Shown one piece after another: positions 13,394-25,758 of a stretch of 64,000 nucleotides of DNA. Position 1 is the first letter of the stretch; each line of letters starts with the position of its first letter. The DNA lies in contig NC_043012.1 in NCBI RefSeq assembly GCF_006345805.1, positions 41,230,001 to 41,294,000 of the forward strand, in the 5' to 3' direction. The stretch comes from Octopus sinensis. Taxonomy: Eukaryota. The translations under genes and the position numbers were made by a program. The notes beneath the pieces are model-generated. The model was not told where the DNA came from, made no database searches, and was given only the letters and a program-made list of their open reading frames with translations.

Positions 13394-13507
13394 GAGTCGG
13401 AGATCCTCATTTCACTGTCAGCATCCGTGGATTGAAAAGACCAGTTTGTTTTGATTTACACGGACATGATGGCGACGTTATTAATTTGCTGGCAGACGAC
13501 ACTGCAA
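13394..13507 (+). CDS. ITIH-like gene exon with GDPHF cleavage motif and start of the C-terminal domain
   Basis: TCTCAG acceptor. GVGDPHFTVSIRGLKRPVCFDLHGHDGDVINLLADD matches ITIH DPHF......CF.I.G.PG.IL.L..D. A|GTAAGT donor. Confidence 0.92.
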
Positions 13508-14083
13508 GTAAGTAAAACAAAAAACTCTCGTAATTTGCTTCAGTCTGTAACAATGTGTACAATCCAAATCTTCGTCAGCAAACTTTCTATCCTCTTTTAA
13601 AATTTATTCCCGTTTAAATATTGGTGTTCTGTTAAAACAAATTTACTGCGGTATTTACCATGAGAGAAACACTTACATATGCTTCTGGTGCAGAAAGCAC
13701 GCTGCTTTGATTATATCGCCGACGGAAAGATAACTCTTCACCAACTCCACCATCGACAGCACCAGATCAGGTGATTTCGATCATTCTTGATCTCATCGGT
13801 GATGGAAGCTCGACTACTAGAGATAGCAGCAGCTCATATCTTCGATAACAATCACACCTGGGCACCAGATCGTTGATCCGTTAAGAGTTAACGATATAAC
13901 TCTAAAGTTAACTTCAAGAATCATTATCGGACTAATTAACTTCCGTTACATTTAACTTCCGTTAACACAAGCCAACTTGAGGTAACTTATGTTAACTTCA
14001 ATTCAATGAGGTTAACGTGTTTTATAGTTTTTAAAGATATTTTTAGGTAGTTTTAGAGAAAAACTGAGGTATATATATGTATG

Positions 14084-14111
<28 letters not shown>

Positions 14112-14115
<4 letters not shown>

Positions 14116-14434
14116 TATTAGAGACAAAACCACTATTTTGCAAAACAAACAAGGAAAGACTTAATCAATACAAAATTTTAATAAATAGTCAAAAAAAACG
14201 CCACTACAATTGTTTCTTGTCTTGATCGACAATCTTCAGGTGGACTTCCAATAAGTCAGTTTCAAATTATGAAGTCATAATTGAAACTGACTTATTGGAA
14301 GTCCACCTGAAGATTGTCGATCAAGACAAGAAACAATTGTAGTGGCGGTTTTTTTGACTATTTATTAAAATTTTATGTATTGATTAAGTCTTTCCTTGTT
14401 TGTTTTGCAAATAGTGGTTTTGTCTCTAATAATA
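14112..14434. repeat. Near-perfect palindrome (about 160-bp arms), Penelope-like pLTR remnant in (TA)n
   Basis: Arms are reverse complements around about 14273 (TTATGA-AG-TCATAA). A deleted derivative of the same element is at about 45830-45925. Confidence 0.9.
14303..14345 (+). ncRNA. Minimal type I hammerhead ribozyme (mirror copy on - at 14201-14243)
   Basis: CCAC-CTGAAGA-TTGTC-gatcaa-GACAA-GAAA-CAATTG-TA-GTGG: core and all three stems intact. Confidence 0.85.
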
Positions 14435-14519
14435 TTATATAATATTTTACTATAAAATTGGATTTAATCCTAAATCTGATTTTTTCCCTGTAAATTTGGA
14501 TTTATTCCCTAATATTTAT

Positions 14520-14560
<41 letters not shown>

Positions 14561-15275
14561 ATAATAGCTATATCATATATCAAAATAATATATATAGTCC
14601 CATTTAAAGTGGCAATTATTTATAAATAATTGACTGAAAAATTATGAGCAAACCCAGGCCTGAATCGAACCCACAAATCAACACTAACACGGCTCTTTAT
14701 GCACCCGATTAGGCCAAACGATCACCCGCTAATTTCAGCCAAATTTTAGCTGTTCAATATTATTATATAGTTATTTAAGGCTTAGAGCTGGCAGACTGGT
14801 TAGCGCGCCGGGCGAAATGCTTAGCGGTATTTCGCCCGTCTCTACGTTCTGAATTCCGCCGAGGTCTACCTCGCGTTTGATCCTTTCGGGGCCGACTAAA
14901 TTAGTTACGCGTTGGAGTCGATGTAATCGACTTAATCCCCTCCCGTAAGCTGCCTTTGCGACAAAAATTTGAAATCATTATTATAGATTTATTATTATAT
15001 TAATAGACTTCCATTGTCGGTCTATCTCCGTAACTTACAAAGCGATAGAGTTCCCGATTAAGCGTAGTTCCTCAGCTTTTGTTCAACCTGTTCTTGATAT
15101 TGTCCGTTTGTCGCTTTTATTTCCTGTCTTTTGATATACTAACTCTAATTCTCCTTCCATGATAATGTTTTCCAACCCTCTGCTCCGTACAATACAGCCA
15201 CTCCTCTATGTATTTATTTATTTATTCATTTATTTATTTATTTATTCATTTATGTTGTTGTCGTTGTTGTTTCAG

Positions 15276-15692
15276 ACCTGTATGTCAATGCGAGAATTAT
15301 CAAAGCCAGCATCAATTCTAAGAAAACCTATTTAGGAGAAATAAGCATCATAAAAGCACATAAAACGTGGGTGATCAGCCCAGACCAAGTCGAACGTACA
15401 ATATCTGATCAACTGCAATGGAAAGATATCGATAAAATTAATATGACTAATGCAGTCAATGTGACGTACGAAGGTGATCAGATTAACCAGATTGACAACT
15501 CATCGATTAACGATATATCGATCAGACATTCTGGTTACAGAACTTTAACGTTGACGACAAGCAGCAAGAAAGGTAGAATCGAATTTTTATTGCGACGTTC
15601 TAAAACTAAACATCAACCAATTAAAATGAAGTATTTGAATTTCTATCTGACCGATTCCACTGGACTGAGTGACTCCGATCACGGACTGATTG
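15276..15692 (+). CDS. ITIH-like gene, C-terminal domain exon
   Basis: TTTCAG acceptor, phase 1; LYVNARII...KTYLGEISI...YLNFYLTDSTGLSDSDHGLI; G|GTAAGT donor; 417 nt keeps the phase. Confidence 0.92.
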
Positions 15693-15722
15693 GTAAGTAG
15701 ACATATATTACATGCTTAATCA

Positions 15723-15768
<46 letters not shown>

Positions 15769-16048
15769 TAATAATAATAATATAATGATAATAATAATAA
15801 TGATAAAATTCAATAACAACAACAGTAATAATAATAATCCTTTCTACTAAAGGCAGAAGGCCTTAAATTTGGGGGAGGGGACCAGTCGGTTACATCGACC
15901 CCAGAGTTTCACTTGTACTTAATCTATCGATCACGAAATTACGAAAGACAAAGTCGACGTCGTCGGAATTTGAACTCAGAACGTAAAGGCGGACGAAATG
16001 TTGCCAAGCACTTTGCTCGGCGTGCTAAAATTTTGCCAGCTCACTGCC

Positions 16049-16100
<52 letters not shown>

Positions 16101-16102
16101 AC

Positions 16103-16138
<36 letters not shown>

Positions 16139-16646
16139 AGCCAGCAATTGCGGGGGAGGACGTAAGTGGATTAATCGACCCTAGAGTTTCACTGGTACTT
16201 ATTTTAATAAGCCCGAAAGAGAGGACAGGTAAAGTCGACCTCGGCGAACCTTGTACACAGAATGTAAAGACGAACAAATGCTGCAAAGAAGAACAAAAAT
16301 ATTAAGAAACAGTTGTTGGTAAAATTACATGTGGAATTTGGGATGAAACAATGGCCCTCATTGCTGCAGAATTCCCAAGTGGTCAAGTTATGAAAAAATG
16401 GAATAAGCAGAACAAAATGACGTGCGTTGGAAAGAGAGTCGTTGGAGAGGTTACGGGGTGTGTGACGAAAGATCTTTGACAAAGAAACCAAAATTATACT
16501 AAGAATAGTTGATGTGAAGAGCAAATATATATATGCATGTGTTTAATTGGTAATTGGTAATTGGTAATTGGTCATTGGTATATATTATTTCTCAAGAGCG
16601 ATATATAATATCTGTGATTGTTAACTATTTCTCTAATTTTCAACAG

Positions 16647-16900
16647 GTCAGTTTATCAGTTGGAAAGGAAATATAACGAAGCTCTACATGCAACCGAATG
16701 GAAAAATCCAGTCTTGGATCAAATTAGAAAACGAAAGAGAGAACCGAAATCGAACCTTTACAGCTGTTTTAACACACAATCGCCGATCAATGTATTCGCA
16801 TCAGCAATGTTGGACAGTTTGGAAAGAAGGCAAATATTTCATTAAAGGAGAATATGAAGATTACTTAATACATGGACTTCATTCTAAGCCATCATCGTAA
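16647..16900 (+). CDS. ITIH-like gene, last coding exon
   Basis: CAACAG acceptor, phase 1, completes HGLIGQF; ends CWTVWKEGKYFIKGEYEDYLI...KPSS-stop, like ITIH CWFV..NG.GLIDG.Y.DY. Candidate AATAAA at 17698-17703. Confidence 0.9.
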
Positions 16901-17275
16901 AAAGGACAAACCACTAACAGATAAAACCGAAATATTCTTCAAGATACTATGTTATGTACGAATGTTATATACGATCATATAAATTGGGAAACGGTAGAGC
17001 GGCAGGAATGCATCAAGTGAAATTTTGGTGAAACTGAGTGGAACTTGGTTTCAGGAGGAAATGCTCAAAGAAAATATCGATGTATCTATCGATCAGGATT
17101 TCTCTTTCGCTCTTTTGTTATTGACTTCAGTCACTTTGGTGTAGCCGCGCAGGTGAAACGCTATGCAAACGATAATCGTATAGACGCGTGTGCATGCGCG
17201 CATGTCTGTCTTTGGATATATGTATGCATGTATGATACACAGCCACACCCGCACACAGACGCGCCGGCACACACA

Positions 17276-17308
<33 letters not shown>

Positions 17309-17555
17309 CGTATGTATATGATGCCAGTTGGTCATAGCGGTACCAAATCACCAATTATTAAAACTCTATCAATATATTTATACTTTACGGTATTACTAAA
17401 GTCTGGCTGTGAGCAGATGTGAATAACCTTAATTTTGCCATTCTGCTGGAGTCTCATGTGCACGCACGCATGCACGCACGCATGCACGCACGCACGCACG
17501 CACTACGTACGTACGTATGTATGTATGTATGTATGTATGTATGTATGTATGTATG

Positions 17556-17589
<34 letters not shown>

Positions 17590-19119
17590 TATATATGTGT
17601 ATATATATATGTATATATATATAAATATGCATATGTATCTGCATTGATATACATACGTTTTGTTGCAAAACCCGAAGAATGAACGCTCAGGAGTTTAAAT
17701 AAATGCATTTATCGTTTGACACATAGTTGCATGACTTCAAGTTTCACAGACGCACAAATTACATCTGGTCTTTCGGGCGTTTAATACTGACTAATACTAA
17801 TAAACACACATATTGTGTGTGTCTGAGGATCGTTTGTGTGTGTGTGTGTGTGTGTGTGTATCTAATGATATAAGCGGTTGTAAGTCCTAACGAACCATGA
17901 GTCAAAATGATCGGTTGCTTCTACAAAACTCATATCCATCGTATTCCGGGTGACTCTATTACTACTTGTCGACAAATCTCACCCCTGCATATACACACGC
18001 AGAAACGTGTGAAATTTATAAACATAAACATATTTTTTTTCTTTAGATTTGTACCTTTATATTATATATTGATGTATTCCAGCCAACTGCTACCTGACAC
18101 TCATTCCACTTATACGTTTCGGTTGGTTTTCTTTTGCTATTGTCTTCTTCAAAGATCGTAATCTCGTTCGATTTACAAAAATTATTATCAAACATAAAAT
18201 ATGAAATGGTTGGTAACGACATCTACTGTTCAAGTACCAAACTGCATTGCATTATTTACCTGTGTTGGACAGCTGAATAGGCATATCTTTTCATAGATCT
18301 ATTCACTTGATTCATGGCGGAACAGCAACAACAAGAATGGTTTCAAACTTTGGCACAAGGCAAGCAATTTCATGGATAGAAACAGATCGATTACATCGAT
18401 CCCGAAGGATGAACGGTAAAGTCGAATTCGGCGGAATTTGAACTTAGAAGGTAAAGTCAGACGTAATACTGCTAAGTATTGCACTCGGTATGCTAGCGAT
18501 TCCGCCAACTCACAGCTTTAACATCAACGATAATAATAACTAAGTTTATAATACAACGCAATGCCACAATTATTATTTTAAACTCAAATACTTGTAGCAA
18601 AAAATTTTGTAGTGTTTCTGACCAAGAGATTAATTCTTCATTACTTCGTTTTATTTAATTATGAGGGTATATCTCAGTTTGCTGAAGGCTACAGTAACTG
18701 TAGCCGATAACCAAATTGGTTGTACTATTCATTGAACTATGAGAAAAGGATCATCTCCTAAACTTGTATCAGAGACTGGCATTAAATCTAAAACAAAACT
18801 TTGATCTTTTTAATGAGTTATGTTCCCTTTCTTGCAGGCCTATGTATATATGTTGATATGTGGACATAGAATTTTACAAATATATTCTTCGGGTTTTATG
18901 CTTAAAATTATGCAGTAATAGAGAAAAAAATGCCGGTCTTACATCCATGCCTTTTTTTCCTGAAATCTACGTAAGATCACTGTATGTGTATGTATGTATG
19001 TATGTATGTATGTATGTATGTATGTATGTATACATGATACATAATATATGGTAATAACACCACACCACACAAACCCACACACCACACACACACATATATA
19101 TTATATATATATATATATG

Positions 19120-19202
<83 letters not shown>

Positions 19203-19949
19203 TATATATATATAATACATAGGGCAATAATAAATTATTATTATCAGTGGCATTTCTTGTGGTTTTGAGATTTCTACTGCTCTTTCTAGCACAACACTTT
19301 CCTATTTGGAAGCCTCTTATTGTATTTCTATATGAATATATATATATATATATATAATATATATATATATTATATATATATATATATCACATACAACCCC
19401 TATTTCAATTTATAGATAATATATATATATATATTATATATATATATATATAATATATAATATATATATATATGTATGATGGTGTGTGATGTATTTATAT
19501 TGATATAAGTTGATGAATTTGTGTTGCGAGGGGACGGAATGTGTCGCAGAAGAGGTCACAGATACGTAACGAAAGATTTCCGGACAATGGATATGAGTTA
19601 GAATAAGAAGAATAATAAACGAGTAAAGAACGAATATATACTGATATGTATTTATATTGCAAAAATAAAAATGACCATCCCGAAATACAGCAATACACAC
19701 ACACACACACACACCACACACACACACACACACATGTATACACATATATGTCACCATTACTGGCCACTGTTAAAACCTGTTCTATTGTCTACAGCGACCA
19801 AAACAACCAACTCCACCACCAGAATTCCTATATAATCGCAGAACATGCTAAAAATAAGAGTGAAATCTTCGACCAAATGATTAAGTGAAAATTCTTAGCG
19901 TAATATAGACTCTAATACGCAGTATAACTATATAATAATAATAATAATA

Positions 19950-20262
19950 AAACTCTCAAAATACAAAGACCTGGAAACAGAGGTAACTAGAATGTGGAAT
20001 CTAAAAACAGAAACAATTCCTATCATAGTAGGTGCATTAGGCATGATAAAAAAATACTCAGACAAATACATAACAAAAACACCAGGACTTACAAACACAT
20101 ATAACATACAGAAAATTGCACTACTAGGCACTGCACACATCCTACGCAGAACACTTTCCATACAATAACCATCAGAGCATCACAACAAATCACAGCACAT
20201 ACCCAAGGCACACAGAGCTGCGCTCGGTAGTGAAGTGAAAGCACGCTATAAAAATAAAACTA

Positions 20263-20266
<4 letters not shown>
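19950..20266 (+). mobile_element. Dong/R4-like non-LTR 3' end inserted in (TAA)n
   Basis: KLSKYKDLETEVTRMWNLKTETIPIIVGALGMI...IQKIALLGTAHILRRTLSIQ-stop, short 3' UTR, TAA repeats on both flanks. Confidence 0.8.
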
Positions 20267-20303
<37 letters not shown>

Positions 20304-22000
20304 TAATAATAATAATAAACGCAAAATTCAGTCAGTCCGTCACACCTGGGACCCCTGCAGCTTAGTCTACATAGACATATTATACCTTTTCGGAATCAGG
20401 ATGATGCCGGAATTGAAAATCTGACTTTTATTTGGTTCCTGAACATCCAACATTGAGTTTAGATGAGAATTTGTTATATGCTAACAATTGAAAATTCAAT
20501 TTTAAAAGAACCCCCAAAATTTGTGAATATACAAGTTTTTCATTTAAACTGAATTTAAATTTATACAATTTTGGTAGGGTACCAATAAATTCTTTCTTAT
20601 TAGCCTCTTTAGTTTGGGGCTACAGGCTCAATTAGCCCTCTGCAGGAGCTAGCTGAGAGGTCCACACGGTGAGTGTCTCATAAGCTAGTATATAAATGGG
20701 GGAAGAATGATGAAGTGGTGGCTAGAATGCCTTTAATCATCCATCTACAGTGTCGAGGCTGACCGGTGGATGGTTGAGCTTTGGGACATATAGCAGCTAT
20801 ATGGAGTAGACTGGCAAAAGGTTGAGTACGTGTGGTATTTAGCTACAGTCCCTTACGTTGAAGGTTCATATCTGCTCTTCATTCTTTCTGGGTCGAGAAA
20901 ATAGCATTCGAGATTTGGAGTCAATTCCTATAAAACTCGGAAGCTGTGAATGAATTTACAAAAGAGAAACAACAGTACGTCTTGAGAAGCCACGACCGTG
21001 TGAATGTAAGGGAGGTAAATTAATATGGCAGGGGAGAGAACTAAAGTGGCAGAGATTCCTTAGCACTTTTTATAAATTGTTTTGTTTGTATTCATTATAT
21101 CGCCTTTTCTTTTCCAATAAAGCATTTTACACAAAATGTATCGTTCGTTTTTGTTTTCATCGAAATATACTGAATTACAAAGTATAAAATGCAAATAACT
21201 TAATCTATGAATAAATTAGATAAAGAGTGAATAAAAGTCTTTTGTACGATCTCGATTAAATAATCTTCTTTCAAAACACATCTTGCCAATCTGGTGCCAC
21301 AAAATGTCACCCAATCGAATCTTTCCTCTGCTCTCCAATGTATGCAATTGTGAAGATGATCAGCGAGAGTTAAATGTTAAATAAATAAGCTTAATTAAAT
21401 AAATTGAACAATTTCTTAACAGAAATAGATTTTTTTGAAAAGCGAGAAGGAAAATAAGAATTCTCATTTAGAAGTCGGAAGAAACAATTTATAATCTGCT
21501 TTCTTTTTCACTCCAAACATTTCGAGTATTTTATGATTAAGACAAATTTAGGTTTAACCAATGCATAAAAGATATATCCATGAATTTATTACTTTTCAAC
21601 ATGGGATCAGAAAGTAAATAAATCAATTCAGTGCAATTTCTTTTTTTCTAAACATTTAAAAAATGTATTGAACGATTTTAACCTTATCAATTCTAAAATG
21701 TGGTTGATATCAATGATTAATCGCTTCTTATCTTTCATTTAAACCTTGAAATGAATATTTTAATGAACTTTTTAACTACTGCCTTACTCATAAAATACAG
21801 GAAATGTTCGGAGTGAAAAGAAAGAAAAAGGACGACAGATGATAAATTTGGATAAGATGAAAAAAATATTTGAAAGAAACGAGTTTTATTTCAAAGGTCC
21901 TCCTTTTCACTTTTCTTAATTTTCTCTCGCATTATGTCTGTCTGTCGGGTTCTGTGTGTGTGTGTGTGTGTGTGTCTGTCTGTCTGCCTGCCTGCCTGCC

Positions 22001-22068
<68 letters not shown>

Positions 22069-22457
22069 GATCGATCGATCACTATATATGTTGGAAAGTA
22101 GATAGGTCGATCGATCGATCAATAGATAGATAGATAGATATGCGTGTGTGTCTGTGTATGTGTGTGTATGATATATAACAATAATCCTTGGATAGAATTT
22201 ATAAATAAGTAATGCATCACTACACACGTTTCCACGAATCACGTGCCTCTTAAGATCACGGAAACGCGCGTAGCGATGCATTAAATGTTTAAGAATTCCA
22301 TCCAATGATTATATTTATCCTACATTATATCGGTACTGCACTATGCAATCCCAAAAACCTTGTTCATCAATCAGCAGCATAAGACTGTGACCGGCAAAAT
22401 GGAATAGGAGAATTATTTGCATTTTCAAAACGCTTCCCTTAAACAAATTTAAAGCAT

Positions 22458-22507
<50 letters not shown>

Positions 22508-22908
22508 TTGGAAAAGGATGTGTGGCGTTCGATCATATAATAATATAAATATATAAATATATGCATATATACATATATGTACATGCCTACATCTATATGT
22601 ATATATACATGCATATATGGGTACAGGACATCAAAAAGAAAAAAAAAGAACGTTGAACACAATGAGAAACGAAAGCATGAAAACAAAAGCATGGAAACGA
22701 ACTTTCTTTCAAACATCGAAAAAACAGAGTACAAGAAATACAACACAAGGAATATTCCCCTTCTTCAGTTGTCCCTGTTTCGTCTACTCTGCGTTTCGAA
22801 GGAAGGTATGCACATACATGTATGTATTTATATGTATATTTTATTTATTATTTATATTATGTATTATATATATATTTATATATTTTATATAATATATATA
22901 TATTATTT

Positions 22909-22953
<45 letters not shown>

Positions 22954-23342
22954 TAAATATTTATTCTTCAATTATCTTGTCCTCGTTTTCGTTTCTTCTT
23001 TCCTTTCCATGAATTACTTCCCCTTCGTTCTCTGTAGTTTCTTCCTCTTTATTTGTGACTATTATGCTGTTATTACATGTAATCGCTGCTGCTGTTGTTG
23101 TAATAGTTGTTGTCTTTGTCATTGCTGTGTTCAAGGCCTCGGTGCCTGAGTTAATTAGATGTTAATTAGAATAAACTTCTTATTGATAGATCGAGAGGTC
23201 AAATGGAGAGTTCTCTATAACAATAAACGGCGTAGAATCTGTTCGTAGAAAATATAGTTAAAATGGCTGACGATCATTACGACAGAATGAATTCAGTCCT
23301 TGGATGTTGCTCTTCGGCTTACATTATTTCTTACTTTTTGTC

Positions 23343-23409
<67 letters not shown>

Positions 23410-23899
23410 GGATGTGTGTGGGTGTATGCATGTCTTCAGCTGCATTCCATTTGAGAGATCTACAAAATAAAATGCAGAGAAATCTTAAATATCTCAAAAA
23501 ATATTCAAACATCATTTAAATTGATGCCGGAATTTATACTTAAAATTAACCATAAGATTTCTATGTCACCGTGTTTGTGTTTTTCCTATGCGAGGTTGTG
23601 CATACATCTGTGCCTGTATACATGTATGTATGTATGTATGTATGTATGTATGTATGTATGTATGTATGTATGTATGTATGTATGTATGTATGTATGTATG
23701 TATGTATGTACGCATGTATGTGTGTCTACGTGTATGTATGTATATATGTATGCTTGCATGCCTGTATGTATGTATGTATGTATGTATGTATGTATGTATG
23801 TATGTATGTATGTATGTATGTATGCATGTATGCCTGTATGTATGCGTACGTATACATAGCATAAAAATTGACAAAGTTCTATATTGGAGCTGCGTTCGA

Positions 23900-24600
23900 A
23901 AAGTATCTGAGAACCTGTCTTTCCTTAACGCTTTCCTTCCTTCGCATACAAGAAAACTTTCACGAAAGAAATTTTCACATCAGCTTTGGGCTCTTACGCC
24001 TAGAATACAGACGTGTAGTGCGCACTCGTCAGATTTTGCCAAAATTTTGGTGATACTGAAGCTAAAACCGTGCAGAAAAATTAGCAGACTTTTGATGATA
24101 GTGTTATGGGCAAATCACTTCTAACATGGCTGCTTCTCAGTGAGATCAAGGCATACTCACGAAGGCCTTCTGCAAGCTGATTAAGAAGTTTCGGCGAATA
24201 GTCATGGAAAACCCTGATGTAACAGTTTAGGAAATTGCTCATGAAATGAGTAGAGTCATAGGATCAGTCCATTCTATTTTAAGAAAGGATTTATGTATGC
24301 AGAGAGTATCGCCGAAATTCTTGCCCAAAGTTCTAGCGGAGAAGCTCCGCATAGAAATCAATGTACTAGAAATGCTGGACTGTACAAACCACGATCCAGC
24401 CTTAATGAAGATCATCACCACTATTGATGAGACATAGGTTTACGGTTTTTGCACGAAGTGATTTGTCATCTTGAGTGAAAACGAAAAACCGACGAACACG
24501 CACTCCCGTTTGTGTCGCAGGCGCAACAGCCGGGAACTAATGTGGCCAACCGATGCGAAAATATTCACGCGTGTGCAGGAGTGGTGAAACATATTTTACC
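23900..24600 (+). mobile_element. Degraded mariner-like transposon
   Basis: SVHSILRKDLCMQRVSPKFLPKVL...IITTIDET*VYGF resembles the mariner WVPR.L and IIT.DETWVY motifs; boundaries approximate. Confidence 0.65.
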
Positions 24601-24955
24601 AGACCCACAATAATAAAAGGCAATGTCGACTCTGATGGTGTTTGAATTTAGAATGTAAGATAAGTTTCCTATATCCTATTATTTACCATAATCCGCTTTC
24701 TTTCTTCTCTCCTGCTTCTTTTAAGATATCACGTTTAAGCTAAAAATATTAAGAACCTATTGTTGATGTTATACTGAGAACACATAGAAATATAATAATG
24801 AAATGGAAGTATAATTAAAATAGTTAGCTCTGTCTGAAAGGAATTATTCTTGGAGTTAGAAGCGGGGATTTTTATGTTGATGTTGTTGATAATGTTATTT
24901 TGCAGTTGATGGTATCTTCGTATCAAGTTCCATTGTTATCATAAACATAGAGGAT

Positions 24956-24961
24956 TTTATT
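24956..24961 (-). terminator. Putative polyadenylation signal, precursor gene A
   Basis: AATAAA on -, conserved at the homologous position in gene B (47825-47830). Confidence 0.55.
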
Positions 24962-24977
24962 AAATGAAAAATCAATA

Positions 24978-25399
24978 TAGGTGCAGGAGTGGCTGTGTGG
25001 TAAGTACCTTGCTAACCAACCACATGGTTGCGGGTTCAGTCCCACTGCGTGGCATCTTGGGCAAGTGTCTTCTACTATAGCCCCGGACCGACCAATGCCT
25101 TGTGAGTGGATTTGGTAGACGGAAACTGAAAGAAGCATGTCGTATATATGTATATATATATGTGTGTGTGTGTGTTTGTGTGTCTGTGTTTGTCCCCCTA
25201 GCATTGCTTGACAACCGATGCTGGTGTGTTTACGTCCCCATCACTTAGCGGTTCGGCAAAAGAGACCGATAGAATAAGTACTGGGCTTACAAAGAATAAG
25301 TCCCGGGGTCGATTTGCTCGACTAAAGGCGGTGCTCCAGCATGGCCACAGTTAAATGACTGAAACAATTAAAAGAGTAAAAGAGAGAAAAGAGTAAAGA
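24978..25399 (+). mobile_element. Full-length family 1 SINE in the putative 3' UTR of gene A
   Basis: Matches 563-960; absent at the homologous site in gene B (about 47840). Confidence 0.9.
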
Positions 25400-25489
25400 G
25401 ACTAATAGTAGAAACATGTAAACTTGCCTGTATTGGAGCGACCAGAGCTAATTCTTATGAAATTCGTTGAAATAGGATAATTCAGCCCT

Positions 25490-25758
25490 TTATGGGTATT
25501 TCGGAAATCTTAGAAATATCTGATGTTCTTTGTCGACCGAATTATAACTACGCTTAACAATATTACTAGGACGGCCGTTCCTGTGACGTGCCCTCCTTTT
25601 TTGCTCAATCATTTTCGAGCGTACTTTTTCCATCATTAAGTATATCGCACGTATATTGTTTTTGGGGCTTGCGCGTTTAAATCTACTGAAAGCCGGAATG
25701 CGGATAACTACGTTCCTCCGCGCCCATTTCTTTACAATTGAATCAACCGTATTGCCGT
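25490..25758 (-). CDS. Secreted peptide precursor A, last coding exon (spliced product 116 aa)
   Basis: TTCTTCTTATTTTTAG acceptor, phase 1; (D)GNTVDSIVKKWARRNVVIRIPAFSRFKR-ASPKNNIRAIYLMMEKVRSKMIEQKRRARHRNGRPSNIVKR-SYNSVDKEHQIFLRFPKYP-stop; homologous to 47919-48318. Confidence 0.8.
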
